In this document: in pieces, positions 1 through 12,379 of the stretch
Position numbering within the stretch: the stretch's first letter is position 1
Layout: the number at the start of each line of letters is the position of its first letter
From: Peribolospora baueri
Taxonomy: Eukaryota
Reading direction: 5' to 3'
Assembly (NCBI GenBank): GCA_029717555.1
Contig: JAMDHS010000004.1
Coordinates: 310,001 to 374,000, forward strand
Length of the DNA: 64,000 nt
Notes under the pieces: generated by a model
Seen by the model: the letters and a program-made list of their open reading frames with translations, nothing else
Database searches by the model: none
Told to the model about the DNA's origin: nothing
Made by a program: the position numbers and the translations under genes

Positions 1-276
1 CCTGTCCCGGCTGCGCCTGCGCCTGCGCCCTCTGGCGCCCCGTCGCGTGGAGGACCAAAGCCGTTTACCGACTATGTACAGCACGGTCAGCAGCACCTTC
101 AAGTCGGCCCTTCCCATGGCGGCAGCGACGACGATGACGACGACCACCACCACGGCTCCCATCTCCTCATCACGCCCACGACGCCGACTAGCCTAAGTAT
201 GTGCAGCAACTTACCCACGCCCAAGCCCACGCCCACGCCCACGCCGCCCGGCCCGCTTGACGACCGAGCATGGTGA
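1..276 (+). CDS. Possible 3' end of a gene entering from the left edge (Pro/His/Asp-rich C-terminus)
   Basis: Frame 1 is open from base 1 (PVPAAPAPAPSGAP...SDDDDDDHHHGSH...PLDDRAW) to TGA at 274-276, followed by pyrimidine-rich UTR-like sequence. No recognisable domain. Confidence 0.35.
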   Translation, partial: PVPAAPAPAPSGAPSRGGPKPFTDYVQHGQQHLQVGPSHGGSDDDDDDHHHGSHLLITPTTPTSLSMCSNLPTPKPTPTPTPPGPLDDRAW

Positions 277-1005
277 CGACGACAACAAGAAACGACAACG
301 ACGGCTGTACATGCCACCGATCCCCTTACTCTTCTCCTTCTCCCCTTTCCTCTCCCCTCCTCTCCCCTCCTCTCCCCTCCTCTCCCCTCCGGTCGCCGAC
401 CAAAACCGCTCCTCATTCCTTGCCGCATGCGGTTAACCTCACCGATCGATCCGTCCCAATCGCGCCCCACCGACCGGATCGGCGCAGTCTTTCACCAAAT
501 CATCCCACTTCTACCGCCGCCGCAGCAACTCTCGACCGACCGACGCCGACGCTGACGCCGATGCCGCAGCGACGCAACGTCTTCCTTCCGTCTTGGCTGT
601 ACTTGCGCCTCCCTTCCCCTCGCCGCCGTCTTGGTCACCTTTCGCCCTTCGCAACTTTCTTTCCCTCCGCTCCCCTCGCATCTGTCTTTTTTTTTTCCCA
701 TACGCTCCAGCCGACCCTCTTCGGCCGACCCAAGGGGGGCCTGCGTTCGTTCGCCCCGCCCCACCCACCGCCGCCGCCCATCCCATCCGTCTAGCCTCTG
801 CGCCGTCCGTCGAGATGGATGGATGGAATCAGAAAGGGAGCGGAAGAAGACGCCGAGGAGCGCTCGCTGCCCGGCACCGTTGAACATGACATGACATGAC
901 GGCGGGTGCGAGGTGGTGAAGGGTCGGCTGGCGAGCTGGTTGGGTCAGTCACACGACGTTGTCCCGCCTGCCCGTCCATCCCATCTTCTCCGCCTCGACG
1001 TCCGA

Positions 1006-1062
1006 CCGACGTAGGGGAAGCCTTGAGAGGGAAACCGACCTAGGGGAGCCTTGAGACGGAAA
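1006..1062. repeat. Imperfect tandem duplication of a 28-29 bp unit
   Basis: ccgacgtaggggaagccttgagagggaaa followed directly by ccgacctaggggagccttgagacggaaa. Confidence 0.8.
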
Positions 1063-1753
1063 GCAGGCGCTACATTCGCCGATCGACTGGGAAAGGCCGA
1101 CCGATGACGGCATTGGTCGCCGCTAACTGAATTCTCGTGCGAACCGACGGTCGATCATGCCCTGCCGTGACCGAGGGAGCCGCGCCCCAACATGGCGTTC
1201 CGAGCGAGAGAGCGAGCGAACTGGAGAACGCCGGGACAGGTCGCGGCTTGCGGGCTCCATCCATCCATCCATCCATCCGTCCACGACTCGAAAGAGACTC
1301 ACAGGCAAGGGGGTAGGGAAGAGAGCAAAAAAAATACACGTGCATTCTGTTCGGAGAGTCGATGGGATACAACGGCCGTCTCGGCGAAGGCACACACACA
1401 GAGAGAGAGAGAGCCGCGCATATGCATGCGAGAGGACGTGGGCAGGAAAGAAGAGTTAACGAGGGCAAGGAAAGAGGCGAAATCAAAAGCCAAAACTGGG
1501 AAGCGAAGGGAAGCGAAGAGAAGCGAAGGGAAGGGATGGGATGGGATGGGATGGGATGGGGGAGATCCGAGTATGAATCGTGAATTGTGAATCGTGGATC
1601 GTGAATCGGGTCAGGTCAGACCAGCCAGGCGACAGAAAGAGGCGAGGTTCGATGAGGGACGACGCCGACGACGACAACGAAGACGGGGGAAGGGAGGGAG
1701 GGAGGGCTGGTCGGGCCCGCTACAGTGATGACCAAGACAGACAGGGACGGCGC

Positions 1754-4700
1754 TCAGCGACTCCAGCCGCTCCTCTCCCCGCCCGCGCTGCCGGCGCTCG
1801 ACCCGGTATGATCGGGGTTCAGGTAGCCGCCAGTGGCTACGCGACGTCTATGAGCCTGCATCTCCTTATCCTGCGTCGTTTCGTTTCGTTCGTTCGCGAG
1901 AAAAGAGCGAAAACGGCGTCAGCGTTGTGGAAATCGCAATGGAAGCGAGATCGGAGGGACGGCGGAGACTCACGTAGCACTCCCTACACCGGATCCCTCC
2001 TTCGCCCTCCACGCCCTCCGGCAAAACCTTGGCTCCAGAGTCGAGTCTCCTCCCGCACCACCTTGTCGTCGCCCTTCCCCCCGTCGCCGACGACGACACG
2101 ACGCCCGCGCAAACCAAACAGCCCCGGCACCACCTGCTCCCCCTCGGGCCGCTCACCCCTTCAAGGACGGTAAGAGAAGCGCCGCAGGCGGGACAAGATG
2201 ACGACCCTCCAAAGGCGCCTTGGCGGAGGGGCGTGCGGCGAGTGGAGAAGATCGAGTTGGCTGCCGCGGCCGTTGCGGCGGTGGTGGACGTCGTGGATGG
2301 CAAGGTGGTCGCCATGCCGCGCAAGCCCAAGCCCGGGCCCGGCGCAGCAAAGGGGTGGCTGGGTGTGGCGGGGGACGAAGTGGCAGAATGGGGACCGGAC
2401 CGCGTCGGAGAAGAGGTGCGCAAGCTCAGGCTCGGCGCGGAGGGGATGCTGTACGTGCGCGTGCGGAAGGGGCGCGTTGAATCCGTGCTGACGCCGGCGG
2501 TCGCGGCTGCGGTGCGCCCTTTCGTCGTCGGGGTGCTTGGCTGACTCGTGCTCGCAGGGCGTCGGCCGCGGAAGAGAGCTGAAGCGGGGGAGGAGGAGGG
2601 AGACGTGGTGGTAGGCGGCGTCGCAGGACTCTTGCGCCCCACCGACGCGAGCGAGGGCTGGTAGGTCGCGTGTGGGTAGGAGGGTGGGGTGGCTGAGCCG
2701 GATCGCGTCCTGGCTCGGCGGGAGGGGGAGGAGGGGTTGGTGGTGGTGGTGGCCGAGTGAGGATGGGAGCGAGTGCTAGAGGAAGGGGTGTGGATGGGAG
2801 AACGAGTGGGAATGACGCGGGTGATGGGAGCGCACTGAGGGGCAACGCCGGGTAGAGCGATACAAAGGGTGCAATAGGGATGAGTATGAACGAACGTGAT
2901 GCACGATCGTCTCTTCCGCCAGGCCAGGTCAGGACAGCCAGCTCACCTCCTCGTGCCAAACGCCGCCGTCGGCCCTGACGAATCTAACCCCGCCGACGCC
3001 CCAGAAGCCCTGCTTGCAGCCTTTACAAGTGAAGCACCTCTCATGATACGTCTCCATCCCTTCCGTCTCCTTTCCTTCCTCCTCCACGCCTCGCTCGCGG
3101 GCAGCAGAGACGGAGACCACTCGCTCCTCCTCGTCCACCTTGCCCTCGAAAGCCGGTGACCCACAGCTGGCACAGACGGCGTCCTGCATTTGTTCCGAAG
3201 CCTGCCATGTCGCCGTCTTGTGAAGGACGGCGGGGGAGATAGCGTCGGCGGACGAGCGAGTGGGAGTGGGAGAAACGGGACGAGGCGGAGTGGTGAAAGA
3301 GAGCGGCCGGGTGAACCTTGAACGACCGTTGACGGCAGTCGTCGTCGGCGGCGGCGGCGGCGTGGGCGACCCCATGGTCGGACTCGGATTGGCCTCCATG
3401 CGCGCCGCCGCGTCGGCGCCGCCGCCGGACGGCGAAGAGGGCTGCTGTCCGCGCACGCTCAAAGGCATCGGAAAGCCGCTGGCCGTGAAGCCCCTGGCGC
3501 CGGGACTGGACTTGGTGGGCGTCGTAGGCTTGACGGTGACGGACGCCGTCGCTGCCGCCTTGCGGGCGGCGTCTTGGGCGAGAAGGGACTTGACCTGTCG
3601 GTCGGCCTTGTCCGCGTTCTCCTTGTCGCTCCAATTCATCATCTCCTCCTCCTCTTCCTCGTCGTCCGAATCAAACGTCGTCCTGGATTGCTTCAGCGGC
3701 GAGCCGGAGCGTCTAGGCGACTGATGAGGCAGAGCATGAGAGGTGGTCGTCGCCTGGCCGACCTTGTCGGCCCTGCCGGCCGGGGCGACGACGAAGGGGG
3801 ACGAAGAGGAGGAGCCGGCGGAGAAGGAGGAAGCCACCTCCGTGGACAGCTTGCCCATCCTTCCCGTCAACTCGCGCACGGCAGGGCCCATCTTCTCCTT
3901 CTTATCCTTGTGCCACTCCTCCGGAACCTTAGCGGCCTCCTTCCTCCTCTCCGCCGCAACGCTCTCGGGTGTGATGAGCTTGCGGAGCCCTGGAAGCGAC
4001 CTGTCGAAGCACGCCTCGCAACACGGTCGGCCGTCCATGCCTAGGACGATCTCGCCGGTCGTCCGAGCGGCGAAGGAACCGGGCTTGGCGGAGGAGGGAC
4101 AGGAGACGGTCTCGCAGCGCCAGCAGCGCCTGGGAGGGACGAGGGAAAATGCAATTCGGTGAAATCAGAGCCCGTTCGTATCGCGGAGAGATTGGGCACT
4201 TACCCATGCCAAATCAGCCCGTCTCCTGCCTTGACAAATTTTCCGTCCTCCTTGGTGCTGCCCAACACGGGTTTAGCGCACCCGGGCGCGGCGCAAAAGC
4301 CGAGGGAGTAGAGGGCGGCGTAGCACCTCGCGCAGAGGTACCTCTCCCCCTTCTCCGCCGTCCTCGTCGTCGTCGCCGGGGACGAGCGGGGACTGTGTTG
4401 GGGCTCGGGATAGATAGTGCCGTCCCTCTTGAACGGTTCGTCGCACTCTGCGCATCTCCAAGCATGCTCGCTCTGCGAAACGGGCTCGAGGACGGAACCG
4501 ACGACTTTGGAGAGGATGCCGGAGGAGGAGAAGAGGGTGGGAGACGAGGGCGAGTCGGGTGGGATGGAGACGGGGCGAGAGGTGTCGTGTAGAGGGGAGG
4601 AGGCGACGGCGGCGGCGGCGGCGGTGGGAGGCAAGGCGGTGGTGACGCCTGGAGTGCTCGGTGGGGTGAGCGGGATCGAGGTCGGGCGGGCACGTTGGTA

Positions 4701-5432
4701 ACGGGCGCGGGTGGGAGACGAGGGCAGCGAGCCCGATGGCGGGCGGTCGCGATCCAGGGAGAGACGCGACACACCCTCGTTCGCGCCGTCCTCCTCCCTC
4801 CGACTGGTCCTGCGCTGAGCATGAGAACGGGTCAGGTCTTGCGAGCACAACGGCCATCCAGAGTCTGACTTGATCCCCCCTAGGCCGGCCCGCTCGAGTG
4901 CGACAGACGGAGGAGCCGGGGCGGAGGATCTGTCAGGCGTCTTCTTCTCCTCTTCCTTCCTAGGGGATGGAAGCCGTTGATCTGCGTCAAGCGAGGAGAT
5001 GTTATCGGGGACAGGTCTGGGGGAGAGCGGCGATGGTTGGTCGAACCGATTCATCAACGCTTTGACCTTGGTGCTTTCCGGCCCTCCGGAGCAAGCGGTC
5101 GCCGTGGTCGTCGCCGTGGTCGTCGGTGAAGAAGCTTGGTTGGTGTCAAAAACGATGTAGTTTCCCTTGCCGCCACGGTCGCCGCCTCGCGCACCTGGGC
5201 CAGCGAGTCCCAAGCTCCGCAACACGTCCTGCCGTCCAGGCGAGCTCGCTAGCGCGCCTCGGGCTCCTTCCCTCGAGGGAGAAGAGGGTCGGGCACTGAA
5301 AGCGGACGCAGGGTTTGGACGAGGGGCGACGCCGACGCCACCACAGCTGGGACAACGATCGGAGGAAGAGATGGGGTCGCCGCAGGAGCGACAAAAGGCC
5401 ATTCGGCGGGTCACGGTCTCGGTGGCTGCCAT
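1754..5432 (-). CDS. Multi-LIM zinc-finger domain protein (4 exons)
   Basis: Exons 5432-4204, 4129-2947, 2834-1974 and 1855-1754 join in frame through GT-AG introns. LIM-type motifs: CAAPGC...WHG|RCWRC...CCEAC; CASC...YHERCFTCKGC...WHEE|C; CPAC...WCRGCLVC...CRECY. Also an N-terminal CRSC..CPSC and a partial LIM CAEC...CARC. Confidence 0.85.
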
Positions 5433-7146
5433 GGCGGAGATGCAGGTGCGAACTGGAGAAGGTTCGATCGGACGTGCTCAGGTACTAAGCTGGTGCTGGT
5501 GCTGGTTCGACGTGTCGTTCGGTTTCGTTTGGCCGGGCGCTCTGTCCCTGGTACGGCTGCTGCTGGAGAAAGGAGGGAGGTCAGCTTGCGTCTGGAGGGC
5601 TGCGAAAGCTAGAAAGGGCGACAGCGCTGAAGCTGGCGAGAATGGGAAGAGGCGGAGGAGTGAGCACGAAGAAGACGGGAAGAAGGGCCGGTGGAGGATG
5701 CTGATGTTGTTTACTCTCCATCCATCTCTCTCTCTATGCATCCATCGACCTACCACCCCCTCAGCCCGGCTTGTGCGAGCCCCTGGAGCGGGAAGGTGAT
5801 CGAACAGGTCGCGAGCAAATAGGAACGCGGTCACGTGCGCCGGCGATGGTGCTGCGGCCGGGCGGTGGTAGGAGGGGTTATGCGGGCGTGGCCGAGGGCT
5901 GGTAGATTGATAGATAGATTCTAGGCATGCTCCGTAGGAGGGGAGCCAAAGCAAGGCAGAGAGCGGGAGGGGGAGGGGGCGGCTATTTACCTCCTCTCCT
6001 CGTCCTTGTGAGCGCCGAGGGGGTGCTGCTGTACGGCGATCAGGCGAAGGAAACTACGTCTAAACACTGGCTCGCTCATGAAGAAGCGCGAGGCAACCCA
6101 ACCGGCTTGCTCGCTGCTCGGTGCTCTCCACTCCAGGTGATCGACCAGCGCGTTCTAGCTCGGCCTTGGGCCCCGGCGGATGGTAATCTGAGCGGCTTGG
6201 ACGGGGCGGGGAGGCCGACAGGCGACGCCTTGGGCGTGTAAGCGAACGTCTGTAAACCGTCCGGTCCGGCACGCCGTTTCCGCGGGTGACAAGGAAAGAC
6301 GGAGAGCGTTGCGGGAAAAGAAACAAGGTCGTGACGCGGAGTGGGCCGCGATGATCGATGTGTGCACGTAGGGAGAACGGCACACCGTGGAGCTGAAAGA
6401 GCGGGGACGCTGGCGGCGGACAACGGTGGGGAGGGAGGGAGAAAGCCGTCGGTCGAGTTATCTGTCTTTTTTTGTGTCTGGCTGTCTTCTGTCTGTCCTG
6501 CGCTCGTCGGGCAGCGTCAGCGTCGGACGGGACGTCGTCCGTCGTTCATCGCACCGTCCTCGACGGGGATTCCTGACGCGGACGAGGGACGGATGGACGA
6601 GGGATGGAAGAAGGAAGGGATGGAGGGCTTGAGCCGGTCCACGCCCGCCTCCGTCCGTCGTTCATCATTCTCTCCGTCCGCTCCAGCCAGGTTCAAGTCC
6701 AAGTTTAAGTCGGCTCACCGTCCACCGAAAGGAAAGCGCGCCGACACCACCACCATCACCACCACCACCGCTTTCACCGCTTTCACCACCGTCACCACTG
6801 TCACCACAACCACCGCAACCACACCCACCCACTCCCTCCGCTTCTTTCATCTTCCCCTTCTCCTTCCGTCCTAACCCTCCCCATTCCTACCTCCACTCGC
6901 CGCCCCCCGCCGCACTCGTCCTCTCCCCCCTGCTCGGCCCTGCCGTTTGGCCCCGCTTCCGTCCCCCGATCCTTTTCCACTCCACTGTCTCGCTCCTATC
7001 ACGAGCGCATCAGTCCCCACCGACCACCGACCCCAACGCCGTTCTCCCACCCACCCGTTAATAGCGCCCACACCGAACCGAGCCGAACCCCGACTCTCCG
7101 TCTCCCTCGCCGACACCACATCCTCCCCTCACTCCCGCCCCACGCC

Positions 7147-9197
7147 ATGCCCTCCTCCGCACGCCCTCCGCTGCCCCCCGTACCCGTCGAGGCCGATCTC
7201 CTTCAACGCACCCAGTCCGCCGGCCCGACGCCATCCGCCGCCGAGTCCACCTCCAGGGCCAGCAGGTTCTTCAAGCGCAAGGACAAGAAATCCAAAACCG
7301 ACGGAGACACCACCGGTAGCGGTCATAAGAGAAGGCCCACCGGGCTGGACGTGATCGATAGACTCGACCTGACGGGCCTCGGCGGGAGCACCCGTGAGTG
7401 ACCTCCCCCCTTCCTGGGCCTTGCCTTCCTCCCTTCTTCCCCCCTTTTATACCTTGCTTCAACGACGTCGAGCGGATTCTGTTTCTTCGCCGCACCATCC
7501 CTTTTCTGCGGCGCAGTCGCGGCACACGCCTATGGCCGTGTTGTGGCCGTGGCCCGTCCCCGTCACGTAGTCTTCGTCAATATATATTTATATATATATA
7601 GACATATACACTGTTGAAGTGGGGATGAGACGACACGAGGGTGACCGACAGAGAGACCTTGCTTGCTCACTCCATCTCCCCCCTTTCTCCTTCCCTCACC
7701 CCCCCCTTCCCCTTCCAGTCTTTCACCACGATGGACCCTACGACGCAGTCGCGCCTCACCGCAACCGCCACCAAAAAAAAGCGCCGATGCTCGCCTTCGA
7801 CCCCGCCACCGGCGCTTCCGGCGATCCCTTGCCCAACGCAGAACCCCGCCGACGAGCGCCGGGAGGCGTAAGCGCGCGAGCACAGGCGGCGATGGCCGCC
7901 ATGGATGACCACGCCCGAGGCCTCGAAAAGGCCCACCGTCCTTCCGCTTCTGTCGATCCCTCCTCCATGTTCAACGCAGCATACGAGCCCGCTCTCAGCT
8001 ACGGCGGAGGCGGTGGCGTCGCCGCTGTGGAGGGTCCGGACGACGTGAACGGCGGAGGGCCCTCCCGCCTCGGACACGTCGACGAGGAGACAGACGACGG
8101 CGGAGACGGCGACTATAGTCGATCAACGGACTACTACAATCACCCTTCCTCGATGCCCAACTCTCGAAAGGTCAAGACGAACCCCAACGCAGAGGTGTGG
8201 GGTCTCGTCGACGAACCCTGGGAGGATTTCGCTGCGCCTAGGGCGGCCAGGGGCCCGACGACCTCGAAGGGAGATTCCCATCTCCGACCCGGTTCGCAGG
8301 GTCAAGGATCAGGTCTGAACAGCGAGACGAGCTCGGTTGTCGATATGGAAGCCGTCTTCAACTCTGGAACGTACCGCGACCCGACCAGCGGCGAGTACAT
8401 GACCGGTGAGGAGCGCTGGAAGGCGCGCCAGGCCGAACGACTCAAAGCCGACGTCAGCCTGGGCGACGCGGACAAGAACGGCGCGGCCGGAGGAGGCGGG
8501 AGGGGGAGGAGTGAGAGCGATCCTTTTGGGGAGAAGAACGCGGTTGGCTTCGGCGACGCATCCCCCGACGGCGCTGGCGGATATGCCATGGGCATGTCGA
8601 GGAGCTCAAGCAGCTCGAAGCCCAAGAGAACCAAGAGCTTGATGAAGAGGTGAGTCGCCGATGGATGCTGCCCTCGTCATGGCGCTCCGGCTGGCTTGCG
8701 GCCGCTGACGTCCGACTTGGCACTTGGGAACTTCGTTCGTTCGCTCTGTCCTGTCCGTCTCCAGGATCCGTCAGTTCAAGGAGAACGGTCACATCCCAAT
8801 GGGCAACATCGACCTGGACGCCGAGCACGCCAACGTGGTCGCTTCCGTTCCTCGTGACGAGTACCTGCCGGGTGAGGGACCGGGGTGGGGAAACGATGGA
8901 CTGGTGAGGAACGCGTACGGCGGTGGCGGCGGCGGCGGTGGCGGCGGTAGGCCTGGCGAAGCAAGGCGCAAAGTCAGCTTCGGGGCAGACGTCGCCCAGG
9001 GTTCGAGCCCTACCAGCACGTCGCAACACACATACTCCCCGGGTGAAGGTGGCGTCAACTCTAAGGCCTTCGTCCCTTCTGCCGCCGTTGGAGACGGTGC
9101 CGATGGTGGATACGTGGCCGGCACAGTGGATGGCGGCGCAGGGATGGAGAGGAGCGGGAGCATGTTCAGGAAGATGGGCAGGTTTGGCAAGAAGTGA
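7147..9197 (+). CDS. Pal1-family cell morphology/endocytic protein (3 exons)
   Basis: Exons 7147-7393, 7719-8649 and 8765-9197. Splicing rebuilds the Pal1 signature DVIDRLDLTGLGGST|LFHHDGPYDAVAPHRN...APMLAF. Confidence 0.85.
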
Positions 9198-10704
9198 GGC
9201 GATTGGGGTGGAAGGGGCGGGACCACCAGTGCGCGCGCGAAAAAGTGGCCTTTGAGGTCCTGCAACCGAGCCCCCGTCAACATTCGGGTCGCTGGCCAGC
9301 CAATATCCATTTTCATCTCGACTCCCATCGCCCTTCGATCCGTCACGCAACGCAGGTCTGGTCGTCGCCCTCACCCGCACTAACCTTCTCTCTGCCAACT
9401 CGTCCCCCGGTCCGATTCGCCCAGTTTGGAACCGCTTCGGCTGTCTTTTTCTTATTCCTAATTTCATTCTTCCCGTTTTTCGACTCCGGTTCCGCCTTGG
9501 CTTGCTTCTACGACGACAAATGCATACGTATACGACCGGCGACGGTCACCCGCACCCTTTACTCCACTAACCTCATGCACGAGGGTCCGCTCCGCTCCTA
9601 AGTCGCCGCTACCGGTCGCCGTTACTTAGTCGACATCGCCTTCCTCCCCGTCTTTTCTTGGTGTCGTCTCGTCTCGCCATCGCCATCGCCTTATCGACTG
9701 GATGTTGCCCGCCTTTCCAATTGTTCTCCTCGCCTCGCCACCTCGGTGTCTCGACTTTTTACCACCGCCCGTTCCCGTCTCGATCTCGCCGCGCCGCCTC
9801 CATCCGTTGAGCCGCTTCTTTTGCCCTCGTGCCCTTCATCCTTCCGGCCGCCCTTCTAGCTCTTGCGACCTTGTGTCCGATTTTTTTTTCTTTTCGTTCG
9901 CCTGTTCTTGGCGCCGGCATGATCGGTTGCACTACTTTTCTACGGCGGATGCGTTCCCCCGTCCTCCTCTTCCGATCAACGTGCCTTTCCAAATGGGCCC
10001 CGCTTAGGCCGTGCCTCAGAACTGCGCCTTCTTCTTCTTCTTCGGCTCTTCTTCGCCCCCTCGTCCCCTATCCGTATTCCTGTTCCGTGTTCCGTGTTGC
10101 TCCTCGTCTTGTCTTGTTTTGAGCCCGCCTTTCCTATCTACTTACCTCCTCTCCGTCCGTCCATCCATTCCCACTCCACTCCCTTCATCCTTCCGATCCG
10201 ATCCGATTCGTCCTCTCCTTTCTCCTCACCCAGCCCGGCTTTCCGACCGCGTTAAGAGGAAAGGAGGAGGGACTTGCCTGGATGTGAATCTAATTTTGCC
10301 AATCTCTCTCTCGTTTTCTCACTCTCTCACTCTCTTTCTCTCTTTGTTTGAGCTGTCCTTTCTTCGTTCGGACTTGGGGCGGTGGAGGAATGGGTGAATT
10401 CGTCTATTTTTGTTCATAGCCCCAGCCCAAAGCCCATGTGGATCGATGTCCAAGTGTACGTAAAATGACTTTCCTTAAGCACTTTCCCCGATCGATATTT
10501 TTTTTTCCTTCCCACGACGTCGTCGTCGAAAGCGTCTATCTGAGGTGTCCAAGCGAATGGTGACACGATCGGTAGTCAGCGCAGCGTCGTCCTTCTGCTC
10601 GATACTGATCGCCTTCATGTAACCTCATCTCTCCTCTGCAAGGAGGAGTGAGTCTATCGGGGTCCGGTCGGGGGTCGGGGCCGTTTCATACGTGGTCTAC
10701 GTGT

Positions 10705-12124
10705 CTACGCGTCCGAGATCGAGGTCGAATAGACGTATTCGCGGTCGAGTTCGGCGAGGAAGTGGCGCATCTGTCGGTTCGGTCGCCGGTCGTCGGGTTT
10801 GGAAGGGGGGAGCGTCAGGGGGGCGCAGACGCAGGGATGGGGATGGGGATGGGGACGGGGACGGGGATGGACAAACGAAGACGTGCGGTCAGCTCTGGTG
10901 CGGCAACAAACAGTACGCCGGGCCTCCTGAGTCGCAAGGCGAGTGAGTGAGGCCACGCACCGTCGTCTGCCTCCTCTGCGCCTCTTTCCTCCCCTCCTCC
11001 GTCTTCAGCCGGTCGCCACCAATCCTGAGCAACTTGTCGTGGAAATGGCCGACAGACGAGCCCGTCGAAGCGCGCCCTCCAGCGCTTCCGTCTCGTTCCG
11101 TGGGTTCGATATTAGCGAGGGTGTCGACGGGGAGGTGAAGAGGGGTGGAGCGGGTAGAGGAGAAGGCTGCACAGCGGAAGATGCCTGGCGAACGAGAGCA
11201 AAAAAGACAAAGGAGGAAATCATTCGGCTCTTCCGCTCGCCTTCGCTCTCGATAGACCGCGCAGAGCGACCAAGACAATCACAAAAGCAAAGGCAGCCTG
11301 TCTGTCGTCCATGCTCACCGAAAGCGCCAATGGCATCCAACCTGTCTGCGTCGCTCACGCACCAAAGCTCCCTGCACCCTTCCCTCCACCTTTCCTCCGC
11401 CTCATCCTTCTCCGTCCACGTCCACTCGGCCAAACTGCCAGCCTCGCTCATGGCCTTCTCCCTTCTTCTCCTCCTCTTCTCCTCCTTGCTCCAACTCACG
11501 TTCTCCACGACCTTGCAGATCAATTCCCGTCGCTTGGCGAGAAGAACGCCTGAGGCTTCGTGGGAGGTGAAGAAGGGAGCGAGAACGTCGGCGATGGGCA
11601 TGGGAGTGTCGGAGGAAGCGTATTTGGCGTCAGTGAGGTCGTGGAAGAGAGCGCCGAGCTCGACGGCTAGGTGATCCAGCGGGGTCCCGGAGGCGGAGAG
11701 GGAGCGGGCGAGGCGGAGAGCGGTCAGGCGAACCCTGGAAACTGACATGCCGTGTGTGTGTGTTCCGAATCTCAAAGTCAGCGCCCAACAGTCGAGAGGC
11801 TGGAAGAAGAAAAGGCTCACCCTCCCCAGGCGGCGTTGGGGTGGACGGAAGACAAGCCAGAGACGCACCGTGCAGCCAGTCATGCGAGGGGTCATGGCCT
11901 TTCATGTGTTCCTTGACAAGCTCCTCAGCGTCTGCCACGACTTTGAGCTCGGCTGGGGTTACTGTAAAACCGTCATTCCGCGGAGATAGCGATACGAAGG
12001 AGGAGGATGATGACGAAGAGATCTTCCTTTGTGTGAGCTTGCTCGCTGGCGTTCCTTCCTTCGGCAAGCCATGCAGGAAAGCGCTTACGAGGAGCCGGAC
12101 GAAGGCGTTGCAGCGCATCAGCAT
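10705..12124 (-). CDS. HD-domain metal-dependent phosphohydrolase (YedJ/YpgQ-like)
   Basis: Spliced motifs GHDPSHDWLH|..RVR, LGALFHD, VSDADRLDAIGAFG, HFHDKLL, MRHFLAELDRE. About 4 exons; start codon uncertain. Confidence 0.85.
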
Positions 12125-12379
12125 GGCTGACGTCTAGAAGTGCACCGTTCGCTGCCATTCTGGGACTCAGAGCGATCGAGATGATTGATTGAGAAGGGAG
12201 AGAGAGCGCTTGGTCTCGTGCCGAGGGTCGCACAAGACCCGTTTAATTTACGCGGCCCATGTGGCATTCCAGTGAAAGTCTCGTGCTGCGGCTCTCGTGC
12301 TGCGGCTCTCCGCTGAAAGAGCCGGCCATCCCCGTTCACTGTCCACCTTACGACGACGATGACAACGACGACGACGAAT

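Noticed and set aside
99..1700. Many overlapping ORFs in the 0.1-1.7 kb region
   Set aside because: Microsatellite-rich (CCAT, GGGAT, CTCCC) intergenic or UTR DNA; the ORFs are low-complexity products of high GC content.
2029..2544. Plus-strand 171-aa ORF
   Set aside because: Antisense shadow of exon 3 of the LIM gene, which carries the recognisable motif.
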